NCBI RefSeq assembly: GCF_009914755.1 | Contig: NC_060936.1 | DNA from: the human T2T-CHM13v2.0 reference genome, Homo sapiens | Length of the DNA: 64,000 nt | Strand: one strand, 5' to 3' | In this document: one piece after another, positions 19,091-40,812 of the stretch | Numbering within the stretch: the stretch's first letter is position 1 | Layout of the letters: every line of letters starts with the position of its first letter | Program-made: the position numbers and the translations under genes | The notes under the pieces: generated by a model | Databases searched by the model: none | What the model was told of the DNA's origin: nothing | Seen by the model: the letters and a program-made list of their open reading frames with translations, nothing else

Positions 19091-19712
19091 GGCTGGGCAG
19101 GGTGGCTCACAACTGTAATCCCAGCACTTTGGGAGGCCGAGGTGGGTGGATCTCCTGAGGTCAGGAGTTCCAGACCAGCCTGGCCAATGCAGCGAAACCC
19201 CATCTCTACTAAAAAATAACCAAAATTAGGCCAGGCGCAGTGGGTCACGCCTGTAATCCCGGCACTTTGGGAGGCCAAGGTGGGCAGATCATGAGGTCAA
19301 GGGTTTGAGACCAGCCTGACCAACATGATGAAACCCTGTCTCTACTACAAATATAAAAATTAGCTGGGTGCAGTGGCCAGCGCCTGTAATCCCAGCTACT
19401 CAGGAGGCTGAGGCAGGAGAATCGCTTGAACCCGGGAGGCGGAGGTTGCATTGAGCCGAGATCAGGTCACTGTACTCCAGCCTGGGCGACAGAGACAGAC
19501 TGTGTCTCTAAATAAATAAATAACAAAAATTAGCTAGGTGTGGTGGCGGGTGCCTGTAATCCCAGCGACTTGGGATGCTGAGGCAGGGGAATTACTTGAA
19601 CCCAGAAAGTGGAGGTTGCAATAAGCCAAGATCACTCATTGCACTCCAGCCTGGGCAACAAGAGCGAAACTCTGTCTCAAAAAAAGAAAAACAGAAAAGA
19701 AAAAAAAAAAAG
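19091..19712 (+). mobile_element. Nested Alus (AluS 19229-19522 inside the linker of another AluS)
   Basis: Left monomer, a full Alu, then the right monomer; outer flanks aagaaaagatttgtccc / aagaaagatttgtccc. Confidence 0.9.
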
Positions 19713-21049
19713 AAAGATTTGTCCCAATTTGCATATCCACCATTCATCTTTGAAGGTGTTTATTTCTTTAGATATTTAATATCACTGGGTAGTAAAACGT
19801 ATCTTAACCTTTGCCATTCTAAGAGGCAATGCAGTAAGTCTCTTTATTGTTTCTTATTTGGAACACAAGCTTCTGACTTATGAGTTGCCTAAAGGCATTA
19901 TAGGTAGCCAAGTAGCATATAAATGCTCTGTTCATCTCAGATGGTCCCTTGTTATATTTTAAATTCAGGAGAGCCAGATTTCATGCATGTTTTGTTTTCT
20001 GTTATCTCAAGAAAGCCATTCCACTTTGGGGGTCTTAATTTACTCATCTCCAAAATGAGAGATTTAGACTAGATTATCACAAAAGGCCTGTTAATCTGTA
20101 GGTAGGGGATTTGTCCTCTCCCAAAATTCATAGCAGGCAATTGCCTGGAAGTTGGTTGGGACTGACCTGGGAAGAAGTCTATGTACTTGGCAGGTGGGCA
20201 GGGAATATTAGCCAGGACTTTATTGAAGTTGGTTAGACACAAAAGAAGATGCATGCATGAGATCAGTAGGAACGGCAGGAAGCAGATAAATTTCAGGAGC
20301 AATCACAATTTTAAAAGTTGATAGGTACCATTTTTCCCTGCCCATTGGTTTCCTGTGCTCAGATCAGACTTCAGCGTGCAGCTGGAAACTTGTCTACCAG
20401 TTGCTTCTATCCTCACACTTCACAACTTCACCGTTAGAGAGACAGCAAGAGTCACTCTCTCTGGTTCCTTGTTGAAAAAGATTCTAGAGCATGGTTTTAA
20501 TAATTAGCCAAGCTTGGTTGACGTGCCCAATTCTGGAGAGCCAAAAAATGATAGTATTGTGAGTGGTTCAGCTTGCGACAGGTGATGTATTTATTGATCA
20601 GCTATTGTTACCACCATGCTTTGTAAGAACCATCACAAAACTCAATGCCATGTGTTTATGCCACCAGTATATGAAAATGTCTGTTTCCTCACACACTTGT
20701 GAACCTGGGTATTATCATTCTTTTTCCATTGCTAATAGCAGTGGAAAAAATTTCCCTATTACTCTAATGAAAATGTATTAATGTTTATCATGCTAATATT
20801 CAGTGTGTCCTTAGTGGCTACAGGTATTTCTATGTCAATGAATTGCGTATTTATGTCGTGAAGAAGCCTCAGAGACATAAAACGATAATCATTTATTCTC
20901 ATAGATCTAACATTCAGACGAAGCTCAGGTTTGGTTGTTTAGGTGCATTCTCCCTGGAGGTTCGTGCATTGGCTAAGATGGCTCTCCTCCACATTTTTTT
21001 CATCCTCCTTGGAACAGTGGACTAACCAGGGCATGCTCTTCTCATGGTA

Positions 21050-22860
<1,811 letters not shown>

Positions 22861-24318
22861 ATGTATCTTGAAGCACATTAATTGACATGTAGGGTGGCTA
22901 TGTTTTCTTGATGAAAAGAGATTCCTTTTGTTATTATAAAAAATCCTATTTTATCACTGGTAACATTACTGGTTATAAAATTTACTTTATTTGATGCTAA
23001 TATTGCCAATCAAGCTTTAATTAGCCTGTGTTTTTGTTTTCTTTCCCTATGCTACTGCCTAGAACTTCTCCCTAGGCAGTAAACCGGGAAAATCACAGAC
23101 CTTACCTTCTTTTTGTTCATTCTCCCAGGGATCAAATTCCTGCCCTTCCTGTTGTCCAATGTCCAGAAAACATAATTCAATACATTTTTCAGTGTTCTCC
23201 TTTTTTTAAGGTGGAGGCGAGTAATAAGACCCCTTTTACTTATCTTGGCTAGAAGTGGAAATTGCAGAAGTAGGTGAAGGCAAATCCTGAATTCACATCA
23301 TTTCGCTTCCAAATAATATGTCTAAAAATGGGACGTTTTATTACAAATCCACGATGCCATTCTCGTACTTCACTCCAGACAATATTCATTTCTTCTATGA
23401 ATGCCTAAAAAAATTTAAAGTGTTTTGACAGTTGGTTTGTTCACATGAGGATCTAGACAAGATCCACACTATGCATTTAATTGTTTGTCCCTGAAGTCTT
23501 TTTTATCCTAGAGTAGTGTTCTTTTTCAGACATATAGTTTTTAGGATGAAAACATCTTCAAGTCAAAGTGGGACTTTTATATACTGATTAAGGGAAACAT
23601 AGGTCAAGATGCTGTAAAGATCATTAACTATATACTCACAACCTTATAAAAACTGACAGAACTCTGAGGAGTTAGTGATCACTGATAATTGCCTAATTAG
23701 ATATTTTAACATACCCTTTTCAGAATTTGCAACCACAGAAATACAGAAAGTAAACAAAAATATGTAAATATTGAATACAAAAATTATAATGGACATCTAG
23801 AAAGCTGAACACTGAACAAATAGAAAGTAGATATTATTTTTAAGTAGATATGGAGCAGAAAAGTCATCTATGTCCCAGATACACAGAAAGCTATAATAAA
23901 AATCTAAGAATCTATACCATATATCTCATGTTCCTTAAAGATAAGTTAGTGCTATCATATATCAATGACAAAAGAACCACAGATTTATATATTAGATAAT
24001 AGAAGAAAAAAACTCATAAAGAAAATTATGAAATATTGGAACTGAATAATGATGAAATTATTACCCATTAAATTTCATGGGACAAAGTCCAAGTAGCAGT
24101 TGGGAACATTTTCTATCTTTATTTGCACTGAAGTGTAACATACATACAGCAAGGTGCTTAAATCTTAAGTATACAGGTTGGTGAATTTCCTGGATATGCA
24201 TATATCCATGTAACTGACACCCAGATCATGTTGTAGAATATTACCAGTACCTAAAGGGTTCCTACATACCATTAAAGATTGGGAAAACTGGAGTTCTCTC
24301 TCTCACTATTACTGTTCA

Positions 24319-24507
<189 letters not shown>

Positions 24508-25227
24508 TTAAATCTAAAAGAGAAATTTGAATAAAAATAATTTTTAAAACCTCAATATGTTTGTCTTCATAGAAAACTCAAGAGAATCAAGAGACAAACT
24601 TTTAGAACTAATAGGGAATTTGGTAAGACTTCTAGATACACAGTCAATCATGTACTTTATAAATGTTAAATATACTGTATCACATACAAAATTACGTTTT
24701 CTATAAATAGATATGTATATTTATCTGTCTATATATACCTCAAGATTTCGTAGGTATCTGTGAATTGATATGTAGCCTTTTGGAGTAGGGCCTACCGTAG
24801 AGAAATGGGGGTAAGAAATAAAATATAAAAGGGGGAAATTAATCATAAAAATAAAAAATGATAAAGGAATTGCATGAACTACTGATAATAGTGTGTGGCG
24901 ACTTGAGGAATATGATGAACTCAACTTCACAAAGCTGAAGTCCCAAAATACTGAGATAAAATGGAGCCTTAAAAAATCAGAAACATCCCTTGCTGATTCA
25001 TATTCAAATTCATAAAGCATCCCTTATAACCATGACTTCGTATGACATTCAACTTTGCTGGACTCCATTTGCTGTCCTGGTAAAATGAGAATCATAACAT
25101 CTCTAAGATACACAATGGGGATATAACTACCTAGGAGCTACTGAAACATGGAAGCAAGCTGCCCTAGGAAGCAAAGTGGGCCTCTCCTTCCCTGCTTTTC
25201 TCTAATCATGAAAGCTGAGCCTGCAGT

Positions 25228-28200
25228 GAAGATGACAGAGGAATAAAATGCCCTCCTTAGGAGAATGATGCAGAAGATGGCTTAGGATTTTGAAATCTGA
25301 AGCTATAACTCATTACAGAAATGCAAAACCTTGCTTATTTGAAGATGATCCATTAGGCCTGATTGGATGGATCTGGTGAGCCCTTGTACATGGAAAGAAA
25401 ATGAGTGTCCTGAGCTTGAGGACAGTGTGGGCCACCTAGCCAGCTGGAATTAGGTTTCCTACAATTCCCATCCCTGTAGAGTCCTGGGCTGGGGGTAGCC
25501 AGAAGGGAGATTTGTGGGAAGTTTGGGAAGGAGGAGGGAGGTGGCAGCCACCATGCTGTGAAGGTCAATGCAGGGGAGCAGGTGCTGTCATAGCTCATGC
25601 ATATTCGTCACAGGCCTCCCGGCTTCCCTGGGGGGTGTGCAGCAGGCTGGCCTGTAGTTCCTCTGCCTCCTACCACTTCTCCTTCTCCAGCTTCTCAAAG
25701 TCCTGGGCCAGGTGATCATGCAGCCCTGCAGAGGAGAGAGTCAGGTCCTTCTGCAGGTCACCCCTGCTGTGGGGGTGGGAGGCAGTGAGAGGCAAACATG
25801 GGTCTTCCATTATCTGTGGGTCCCAATTTGTTCTCACAGACTCCAGTTTGCTCTTGTTTGCCCCATTTCACATCTTAACCACTGTCAGTCCTGCTGACCT
25901 GTGGCAACATACAATTCCCCCACTTCTAGACGCAGAGGTAGCAGCCTTCCACAGATGCCTCCACCAGCTCCTACATTACACGGGGTCTAATTCCTATTAA
26001 ATGTGCCTTAATATCACACTCAGTGCTTCTGCTTCCCTGATCAAACTCTACCTGATGCAGGCTGCCCACCATGGAAAGTATATTAAAGTCTGCTCAGGCC
26101 AGCACCACAAAATACCACAAACTGTGTGGCTTAAACAACAGAGATTTATTTTCTCACAGTTCTGGAGGCAGAAAGTCCAAGATCAAGGTGTTGGTAGGGT
26201 TATTTCTGAGGGCTCTCTCTTGGGCTTGCAGACGGCCATCTTCTCACAGTCTCTTCATATGATCTTTCCTCTGCAGATAGATGCCCTTGGTGTCTCTCCT
26301 TTGTGTTCAAACTTCCTCCTCCTATAAGGACACTGGTTATTTTGGATTAGGGCCCACCCTAACAGCCTTGTTTTAACTTAGCCATCTCTTTAAAAGCTCT
26401 GTCTCCAGACACACTTACACTCTGAGGTGCTGGAGTTTGGGGCTTCAATATATGAACTTTGGGGCACACAAATCATTCCACAGTAATGAGCCACATAGTT
26501 TGGTGGAAGTGGGCAGAAACTGAAATGGAGCTGACAAGTTGAGCACCTGCTGTGTGCCCACCATGTGTTATGGGCCCGATTCCCAGTGTGTCATGTAATT
26601 CTCATGCACCCAGGGAAGCACTTTGATCATCCATTTTTAGAGATGAGAAGCTCAGAGAGGTAAAGACACTTGCCTGCACTCACACAGCAAAGCTGGGCTT
26701 TAAATCCAGGTCTGTCTGGCTCCAGGTTTTCTGATCCAAGGTTTTCTCCCATTTCCAAGCTGAAGAGTGGCACTTGAACAGCCAGGAGCTGGAATGAGGC
26801 AAGAGGGTACCAGGCAAGCCATGGTGGCTGCTTCATTTTCATTTCATTTCTGATCCTAACCAACTTTTCTAGTCTGCTCGGGGTGCCTATGAGGTACCAG
26901 AGATCCACAGATGGAAAGGCTTGAACAACAGGAATTTATTTTCTCCCCGTACTGGAGGCTGGAAGTACAAGATCAAGATGCCAGCAGGGTTGGTTCCTTC
27001 TGAGGCCTCCCTGCTTGGCTTGTAGATGGCTCTCATCTTCCTGCATCTTCACATCATCTGCCCTCTGTACACGTGTGTGCCCAGATTTCCTCTTCTTGTA
27101 AGGACACCAGTTATACCGGATTAAGGCCCACCCCAGTGACCTCATTTTACCTTCCTCACTTATTTAAACACCCTGTCTCCAAATACATTTACATTCTGAG
27201 ATACTGGGGTTTAGGACTTCACTGTATGAATTTGGGGGTTGCTGACACATTGACACGAGTCATAATTACACATCCTCAGGAAGCTGAGGGGAAAGGATTG
27301 TTTGAGGCCAGGAGTTCAAGACCATCCTGAGCAACATAGCAAGATCCCATCTCTAAATTTCTTTTTTTTCAATTAGCCGGGCGTGACAGTGCATGCCTGT
27401 AGTCCTAGCTACTTGGGAGGCTGAGGCGGGAGAATCACTTGAGCCCAGGAATTGGAGGCTGCAGTAAGATATGATTGTGCCACTTCACTTCAGCTTGGGT
27501 GACACAGTGAGACTTTGTCTCAAAAAACAAAAAACAAAACTAAACAAAAAACACCACGTTGAGGAGGGACACAACACCAACCTTGCTCAAAGCACTTAGC
27601 GGTGGAAATGGAGTAGAAAGTGGACAGTAACAGCCTCACCTGCTCACCTTCCACCAGTCTTGGTCCCCAGGCACCCACAGGACTCCCAACAATAACAAAG
27701 GACTCAGGTACCTTCTCTTCTGTCCCCATTATACCTGACAGCACCTGTAGCCCACAACAGGCAGATTGTCAAGCTTGGAACCTTTCTGTTTTTTCCACAG
27801 TCACTTTATATTGTTTATTATTACAAAGCTAACAATTCTTGTTGTACAATAAGATATAAATTAGATCAAAATCTGCCACATGAAAGGTATCTCTCAAATC
27901 TTCACCTTCACCCTGAGATAGGCCACCGTGAGAGTCTGGTGGATGTGTCTCCAGACTGTCTTCCATGCCTAAAACAATACATCCACTGTAACATGGGGTA
28001 GTGTGGAAATTCAGAGCTCGGACATGGGAGTCAGATCTCCTGTCTGGCCCTGAATGGAGTCTGCTACTCACGGTCTCGTCTTGGGCAAGATAATTTACTC
28101 ATGGATTTCACCATGCCTCTGTCTCCTATCTTACCTTGCAGAATCATCTTGAAAATTAATGAGTGAGGAGATGGAAACTGCTTGGAGCAGGTAACTACCC

Positions 28201-31200
28201 AACAAATATGGTCAAATGTGGAGATGCACAGCTCGGATGAACCTTCAAGAAGGAGCTAGCCACGCAGCTGCGTGGAGTGCAGGTGGCTGACAGCCTCCAC
28301 CTCCAGCACCTTGGTACTGTTGTCTTCCTCTTCCACCATAATTGTAAGTTTCCTGCGGCCTCCCCAGTCATGATGAATTGTGAGTCAATTAAACCTCTTT
28401 CTTTTTTAAATTACCTGGTCTCTGGTATGTCTTTATTGGCAGCATGGGAACAGAATAATACAGATATCTTTTATCCAATAGGCTTTATTATTTTTCAAAA
28501 TATGCAACCAAAATAAATGCATTCAGATATAAGTTTGAATCATATGGAATTGCCTATCTTCAACCATTTTGCACCTATGAAAATGGCAATTTCATATGGT
28601 TCAATTTAATACTTAAAAAAAATAGCACTTAAAAATCTCAAAGTAAAATATAGCCCTCTCCTCCCCTATCTGTCTCCATATGGCCCCTTCTCAGAGGCAG
28701 CCACATTAAATACCTCTAGCTGATCCACTAGGCAGCTACTTCTACATGTCTAAATGAGATGCTTCCACTCCTATTGCTCAACTTACTAACATTAACTGTT
28801 ATTGATTGATTTCTGGTTGGGATAGATGCGGATTTAGCTCCCTTTATACCCCACCTTCTCTTTTCTCATTTTCTCACCATTGTTATTTTTTTAGTCAAAA
28901 TATTAACCAGTCTCAACATCACTCTGACCATACAAATGACATGATGAGATTTTAACCAAGGTGTACCTTGCCAGTAAAGCCCTGAATGGGGATTTCTGAG
29001 CAGCTGCAGCTGCAAGAATTCTACTCCTCAGCTCTTGGCTTTGCTGCTTGCTCCCTGGTCACCTTTTACATCATGTATGCAGACAGAGCCAAGTTCCCCT
29101 GGGAAGATGCTGAGGGGCCTGGCTGGCTCGTGGGCCCCTCCCTGTACACACCAGGTGGTTTTTGAGTGATCCTGCAATATACTATGCATCTTTTTTAAAA
29201 AAACAGTTATATTGAGATATACTTCATATGCTGTACAATTCATCCATTTGAAGTGTGCAATTCAATTGCTTTTGGTGTATTCACAGTATTGTGCATCCAT
29301 CAATATGATCAATTTTAGAACATTTCCACAACCCCTAAAAGAAATCCTACCCCTCATAGCCCTCATTCCTAAATCCCCACTGCTTCGCCCGGCTCCACGC
29401 ACCATTAATCTTCTTTCTCTTTCTATAGCTTTGCCTATTCTGGACATTTCTTATAAGTGAAATCTTACACTGGGTCCTCCTGGCTTCTTTCACTTAGCAT
29501 AATGTTTTCAAGGTTCATAAATACTGTAGTATATATCAGTACTTAATCTCTATTTATTGCCAAATGATATTCCATTGTATGGCTATAGCACATATTATAT
29601 ATCCATTAGTCAGTTGATAGGCATTTGGGTTGTTGCTACGTTTTGGCCGTTATGAATAATGCTGCTATGAACATTCTAGTCCAAGTTTTGGTGTGGACTT
29701 GTGTTTCATGTCACTTAGGTAAATACCTAAGAGTGGAATTCCTGGGTCATGTGTTTACTCCGTTTTTAACCATCAGAGGGACGTTCAGTCTCTCCCATAG
29801 CAGCTGCACCATTTTACATTTCACCAACAACGTACAATTAGTCTCCATATCATTGAGTTCTGCATCCAAGGATTCAGCCGACTGCAGATTGAAACATAAA
29901 CGAATAAAAATAACAATACACTAAAAAAAGATAAAAAGGAAATTATGACAATCGTTTACATAGCGTTTACATTGTATTAGATATTGTAAGTAATCTAGAG
30001 ATGATTTAAGGTGTACAGGATGAAGTGTATAAGTTATATGCGAATGTTGTGCCATTTTATATACAGGACTTGAGCATCTACAGATTCCGGTATCCTCAGG
30101 GGGTCCTGGAACCAAGTCCCAAGGATAGGAGGGGACAACTGTATGAGGGTTTCCATTTCTCCACATTTTTACCAACACTTGTTATTATCTGACTTTCGGA
30201 CTACAGTCATCGCAGTGGGTGTGAAGCAGTATCTCATTGTGGTTTTGATTTGCATTTCCCTGATGCTAATGATGTTGAGCATCTTTTCCCACGCTTATTG
30301 GATGCTGTGGCAGGTTTTTTTTCTACCATTTTTACTGGAATAGATGTGGCAGATTTTAACATTTGTCTGAATCAGTTCAAACATTTGCAAGGCAATCATG
30401 ACTATCTTGATTTGCCTCTGCTAACACCCCCATCTAATGACATGACTTGAAGTGGCAACCCATACTTCCACCCTTGCACCAAGACCACTTTTTTAATCTT
30501 CTTCTCTGGGCTAGTCAAGGCATCACGAAATAGAGACTTTCTTTAAAAAAAAAAGAGAGAGAGACATTCTAAAAAAGTTGTTTTATAGTAAAATGAACAC
30601 AGTTATTTAAAAGACAGGTGTTTGTGTTAGTTTCCTGTTGTTGCTATTTCTGTCTAGCAAATTACCATACACTTAGTGAGTGGCTTCCAATGCCATCCAT
30701 TTATGAACTCAGAGTTTTGTAGGTTAGAAATCTGGTATGAAATGACTGGATTCTGTACTTAGGGTATCATAAGGCTGAAATCGAAGTGTCAGTTGAACTA
30801 TGTTCTTGCCTAGAGGATCTGGGAGAAAAGTCTTCTTTCACATTCATTGTTATGGGTGGTGGCATTCAGCTTCTTGTGGCTATAGATCTGAGGTGTTTGT
30901 TTCCTTGCTGGCTATCAGCTGGCGCTGCCGTCAGCTCCTAGAGGATGTCCCCATTCCTTGCCAGATGCCCCCTCCATGCTCAACCCAACATCGTGCCCTG
31001 AAACCTTCTTTGTCTTTTGTGAGACAGTGTCTCACTCTGCTACCCAGGCTGCAGTTCAGTGGTGCTATCACAGCTCACTGCAGCCTCAACCTCTCGAGCT
31101 CAAGTGATCCTCCCACTTCCGCCTCCTCAGTGTCTGGGACCACTGACACGTGACACCACATCCGGCTAACTTTTGTATATTTTGTAGAGATGGGATTTCA

Positions 31201-33515
31201 CTATATTGTCCAGGTGGGTCTCAAACTCCTGGGCTCAAGCAATCTGCCTGCTTCTCAAAGTGCTGGGACTACAGGTAAGTCCCACTGTTCCTGGTCTGAA
31301 TCTTTCTTGAGCTCCTAATCCCTGACGCCTCCGACCTCTACTCCCAGATTTAAAGGACTTATGGCATGCCCATTGGCTAAGCTCTCTTTGTTAAGGCAAC
31401 TGTGCCATGTGACGTGACCTAATCACAGGAGTGAGATCTATAATGTTCAAAGGTCTGGTGACTAAATAGGACGTGTACACCTGGGCAGGGGTGTCTTGGG
31501 GAATCATCTTAGAATTCTGTCCAGACATCCACCATATGTATGCATTTTAGAATGACGTTCATAAGAAAATACAATTGAAATTCAGGAGTGGCCTTTGAAA
31601 GAGCTAACTTTAGTTATCTGGAAAATGTACTTCTATGGAAGCCTTCACTTCCTGATAACATAAGGCAGAGGAAGTGTCATCATAAACGCGAAGACCCAGC
31701 ACGGCAGTGGGTTCATGAAGTTCATCAGGCAGCAAGTGTATTGACAGAGCTGTTTCCTTGAGCAAGAAATACCAGCAAAAATGCACAAAAAGTGAACATG
31801 TACAACAAAACTGAGGGTTTAATTAAATGGAAATCTTTTTTGACCCCATGGACAGAAGATTTTCCTAAAATATGATGGACTTTTCTGCTTTCATTTACTA
31901 AACCTGAATGATGTTTTAGAATTCTGCAGAGCCTCTGGGTGTTTGCTATTGGCCATTTAGGCATCTGTCAAATTCCTAAAGATGCAAAGCATTATGGAAT
32001 TATGAAACACAGGCATAAACCCTGTCCAGGAGAGGTACAAGGTTGCCTGAATGTGAATAGGCAAATTTATAGAGATAGAAAGAAGATTAATAGTGGCCAC
32101 TGCCTGGGAGGAGAAAGGAATGGAGAGTGGCCATTAATAAATATGGAATTTTTGAAAGAGAGGATCTAAATTAGACAGTGGTGACAGCTGCGCCACTCTT
32201 AAATACATTAGAAAAGATTGAATTATATACATTATTTATTTTCACTTATTTATTTTTTCAGACAGGGTCTCACTTTGTCGCCAAGGCTGGAGTGCAGTGG
32301 CGCGATTTTGGCTCACTGCAACGTCTGCCTCCTGGGTTCAAGTGATTCTCATGCCCCAGCCTCTGAGTAGCTTGGATTACAGGCATGTGCCCCCATGTCG
32401 GCCTAATTTTTGTAATTTTTAGTAGAGAGGGGCTTCACCATGTTGGCCAACCTCGTCTCAAACTCCTGGCCTCAAGCGATCCACCTGCCTCAGGCTCCAA
32501 AAGTGCTGGGATACAGGTGTGAGCCACCACACCCGGCCTAAATTATAAACTTTAAAAGAGTCAATATTACAGTATGTAAGTTATATTTTAGTAAAGTTGT
32601 TATTAAAAAAGGAAAATTAGCTGGATATAGGAAAAGAATAATCCCAAGAACAGCTTTCTAAAAATAAATTCCCAACCCAATGTAAATTCTGCAAAAGCAA
32701 GCCAATTGTAAAAAATGCTTTATATGTACCTGTCTAGCCTGTTATCTATCTGCCTAGTATCTAGCACATTGCTGAGTACACAGGGACTTACACGATTGTA
32801 AGTATTTAGCAATGATCTGGACCAAAATGATACCTAATAAGTTAACCCTTGCTGCCAAATTGCATATGGAACAATTAGTCTGGGGGAGGGAAGGATATTA
32901 CTGCTACGATTTTAATGGGCATCCATTTATTTAGTCACTTAGCAAATATTTATTGAGCACCTACCATGTGTCAGGCTCTGGGGATACCGTGGTTGCTAAG
33001 ACAGTGTGGTATCTGCCTAACACGAGGTCAGAGGGTATGTGGTGAAAAATAAGAAGGATATTCTAGAAGCATTCTAGAAGCAAGTATTTCATAATATTAA
33101 ATGACACCATCTCATGATGGGGGATAGAATAACTGGTCCTCTGATGAATTGCAGGTGGATGGGCAAATTAACTTTGTGGTATAAATAAAAATCCTTAAAA
33201 GAGTGGACCTTTTGCTTTAACAAAATTGCTTTTGGAAAGCAATTACTAGAAAGTCAGCTATGCTCAGCACTATACCACCGACCACTTGGACACAACTTAT
33301 CAGAAAATGGCATAAGGGTACAGAAATGAACAATCGAAGAGTTCAAAAAATATTCTTGACAGAAACAAACCAGTGTTGGCCAGGTGTGGCAGCTCACGCC
33401 TATAATCCCAGCACTTTGCGAGGCCGAGGTGGGCAGATTGCCTGAGCTCAGGAGTTTGAGACCAGTCTGGACAACATGGTGAAACCCCGACTCTACTAAA
33501 AATACAAAAATTAGC
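25228..33515 (-). repeat. Right arm of large inverted segmental duplication (outer end not definable in this window)
   Basis: Reverse-complement match to 1-10857. It lacks the equivalent of left 840-1137 (AluY) and of left ~5460-7812. Confidence 0.97.
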
Positions 33516-33665
33516 CGGGCGTGGTGGCACGTGCCTGTAATCCCTGCTACTCAGGAGGCTGAGGCATGAGAATTGCTTCAAACGAGGAGGCGGAGGTTGC
33601 AGTGAGCCGAGATTGCACCTCTGCACTCCAGCCTGGGTGACAGAGCAAGACTACGTCTCAAAAAA
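33378..33665 (+). mobile_element. AluS with TSD
   Basis: TSD agaaacaaaccagtgtt / agaaacagaccagtgtt. Confidence 0.92.
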
Positions 33666-33744
33666 GAGAGAAACAGACCAGTGTTCGTTAGGGAATTGGT
33701 TAAATATGTTTAATAGATTCATGTGATACAGCACTAAGTAGCTA

Positions 33745-34645
33745 TATTATTTTCTGAGGGCTTCCATAACAAATGACCACAAACTGGATCACTTAAAACA
33801 ATGAAGATTTCTTCTCTCCCAGTTCTGGAGGCCAGAGTCTGAAATGCAGATGTTGGCATGGCCAAGCTCCTTCTGAAAACCTTGAGGTAGGACCTGTTTG
33901 ATGCCTCTCTCACAGCTTTAGGTCACTGGCAATCCTTGGCATTCCTTCATGCTATAGTTTGGTTTGTGTGTCTCCTCCGAATCTCACGTGAAAATCTGAT
34001 CCCCAGTGTTGGAGGTAGGGCAGAATGGAAGGCTTCTAAAGCAACCCTGATTTCTAAATACCCATGACCATCGGTCATGGGGATGGATCCCCTCATGAAT
34101 GCCTTGGTGCTGTCCTTGCAGTAATGACTGGGTTCTTGCTCAATCAGTTCCTGCGAGAGGTGGTTGTTCAAAAAAGCCTGGAACCTCCTTCCTCTGTCTC
34201 TTTCTTTCTCTCTTGCCATGTGATCTTCACACAATTCAGCTCCCCTTCACCTTCCACCATGAGCGGAAGCTTCCTGAGGCCCTCATTAGAAGCAGGTGTT
34301 GGTGCCATGCCTCCTACACAGCCTGCAGAATTGTGAGCCGAATAAACTTGTTTCCTTTATAAATTACCCAGCCTCAGGTGTTCCCTTACAGCAACACAAA
34401 TGGACGGAGACACTTGGCTTGTAGCTGTAGTGCTCCAACTTCTGCCTCTGTCCTCACGGGGTCTTCTTTCTCCTATGTCTCTGTGCCCAAATTTTCTTCT
34501 CATAGGAAACCAGTCACTGGATGTAGGGTCCACTCTAATCCAGGGAGACCCCATCTTAGCATGATTACATCTGCAAAGACTCCATGTGCAAATAAGGTCA
34601 CATTCACAGGTTCTGGGTGGACACAAATTTGGAGGAGACACCATT
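33745..34645. mobile_element. MLT1-type LTR (-) interrupted by an MST-type LTR (~33950-34410, +)
   Basis: ataacaaatgaccacaaactgg...ttaaaacaa start; tgctatagtttgg...caacacaaatggacggagaca insert; MLT1 sequence resumes at 34413. Confidence 0.8.
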
Positions 34646-34899
34646 TAACCCAGTACGGTAACCATCAAAATGATGTTGAAAAAAAGTCCACAATTTATTA
34701 AGTGAAAAAAGCATACTACAACATGATATAATTTTATTTATGTAAAAAGAAAAAAGTTGCTTGTGTGAGCAACCATGTGACTTGCTGTGTTCTCCCAATC
34801 CCTGATCCTTATCATCTGAACTCAAGGAAACCCTTCATGAGACAATAGAAAATTCAGCATCTTCTGATAGTCCCGAGAAAGTGACCACATTAAAAACTA

Positions 34900-38155
<3,256 letters not shown>

Positions 38156-38974
38156 CTCAAAATGGTGAATTGTAAAAGCCAGAAATACATTTCATGTCTT
38201 GACTTTCCAGTAAGAGAAAAACCTGCTGTTTATTTTGGATGGGGAAATATAAAGACATATTCCTTTCATGGAAATGAAGCCGGGGCTTCTTGTTGATCAC
38301 TTGAAATGACTGCAGAGCAAATTATAAATAATAAAAAGAAAACTATTAAGTGTTTATGTGCCTTGGTTCTTCTCAAGTTCCTCTCCCAAGCATTTAAGCT
38401 CTCCAAAGTCTGTGAAGAGGATTCAGCATTTGATTTTGCAAACACCAGGACTTCAGATGCTCAGATAGAAAAGGAATGGTGTCTCAGAGGTCAATGCAAT
38501 TAATATGCACTTCATAACACCTCATGCCTACACATTTCTTACAGCCATTATGACTGCCGGTTAGAACATGAATTATGGTTTAAGCCTAGTGTTGTGAGGA
38601 AGACAGATCATTTTTCCCCAAGGTAAGATTTCTGCTCTAATTTCTTTCCTTTGGTGCCTCTGAGTTATCACCCTCTTCCTCCACGTGTGCCAGCTCTGTT
38701 TGGACTTTCCTCTTTGTCCTTCACCTCCCTGTTTTCCCTTCCTCCAAATGCCCTGAAAGGCAAACTTGAAAGAAATTAACAAGTACTCAAGAGCTTAGAG
38801 ATGCCTGCCTCCCTTTTATTTTAATTTTATTTTTTATTTTTTTGAGACAGAGTCTTGCCTATCGCCCAAGCTGGAGTCCAGTGGTGCGATCTTGGCTCAC
38901 TACAACTGTTATGAGTTTGCAATTTGCCTAAATTTGGATGGGTTTCACCATTGGCTCCCAAAGGCAGGAATTAT

Positions 38975-40108
<1,134 letters not shown>

Positions 40109-40326
40109 TGAATTTGTTAAATAAATTTACCAAAAACGTGTAGTTTTGAAAGAATGCATCGGATGTGAAAGAGACACTTTCTTACAAAGATACCAAATCA
40201 TTTCTCAACCATTTATATTTGAGCACATATTCTATGCCAGGAATTTTAAATGATAGAGCAATAAATGAACTCAGTCTAGTACAATTAAGACTATATATTT
40301 TAGCACTCTATTTCATATGTTAACCT

Positions 40327-40812
40327 TGATGCAGGGCAGGCCAGCCCCAGACTGGAGCTCAGCCCTGGTGGGTTCTTTGCTTCGCCCAGGAAAGAATCCA
40401 AGGGCAAGCCAGTGGTAGAAGAAAAGAGCTTTATTGAAACAGCAGTGTTATAGCCTAGGCTGGGTTATAGCTCTGTCACTTCTCCTGCAGAGCAGGGCCA
40501 CCCTGTAGGCAGCGTGCTGAGACTAGCAGCTCAGTAGTTCTATAGTCATACCTACGTTTAATTACATGCAGATTAAGGAGTGGATTATGCAGAAATGTCT
40601 AGAAAAAGGGTAATAATGTCTAGGGTGTTGAGTTATTGGCATGGAAAGAACGGTAACTCCTGGATGTTCCCATGGCAATGGTAAACGGAAATGCCACCCT
40701 CGTGGGTGTGTCTTATGGAAAGCTGCTTCTGCTCCATTCCTGTTTTAGCTAGTCCTCAATTTGGTCCCGTGTCTGAACCCTGCCTCCAGAATCGAGTCCA
40801 CCTCTTACATCA
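40327..40812 (-). mobile_element. ERV1-class solo LTR (MER66-like)
   Basis: tgatgcagggcagg...gttttagctagtcctcaatttggtcc...catca; tttatt (reverse poly(A) signal) near 40431. Confidence 0.7.
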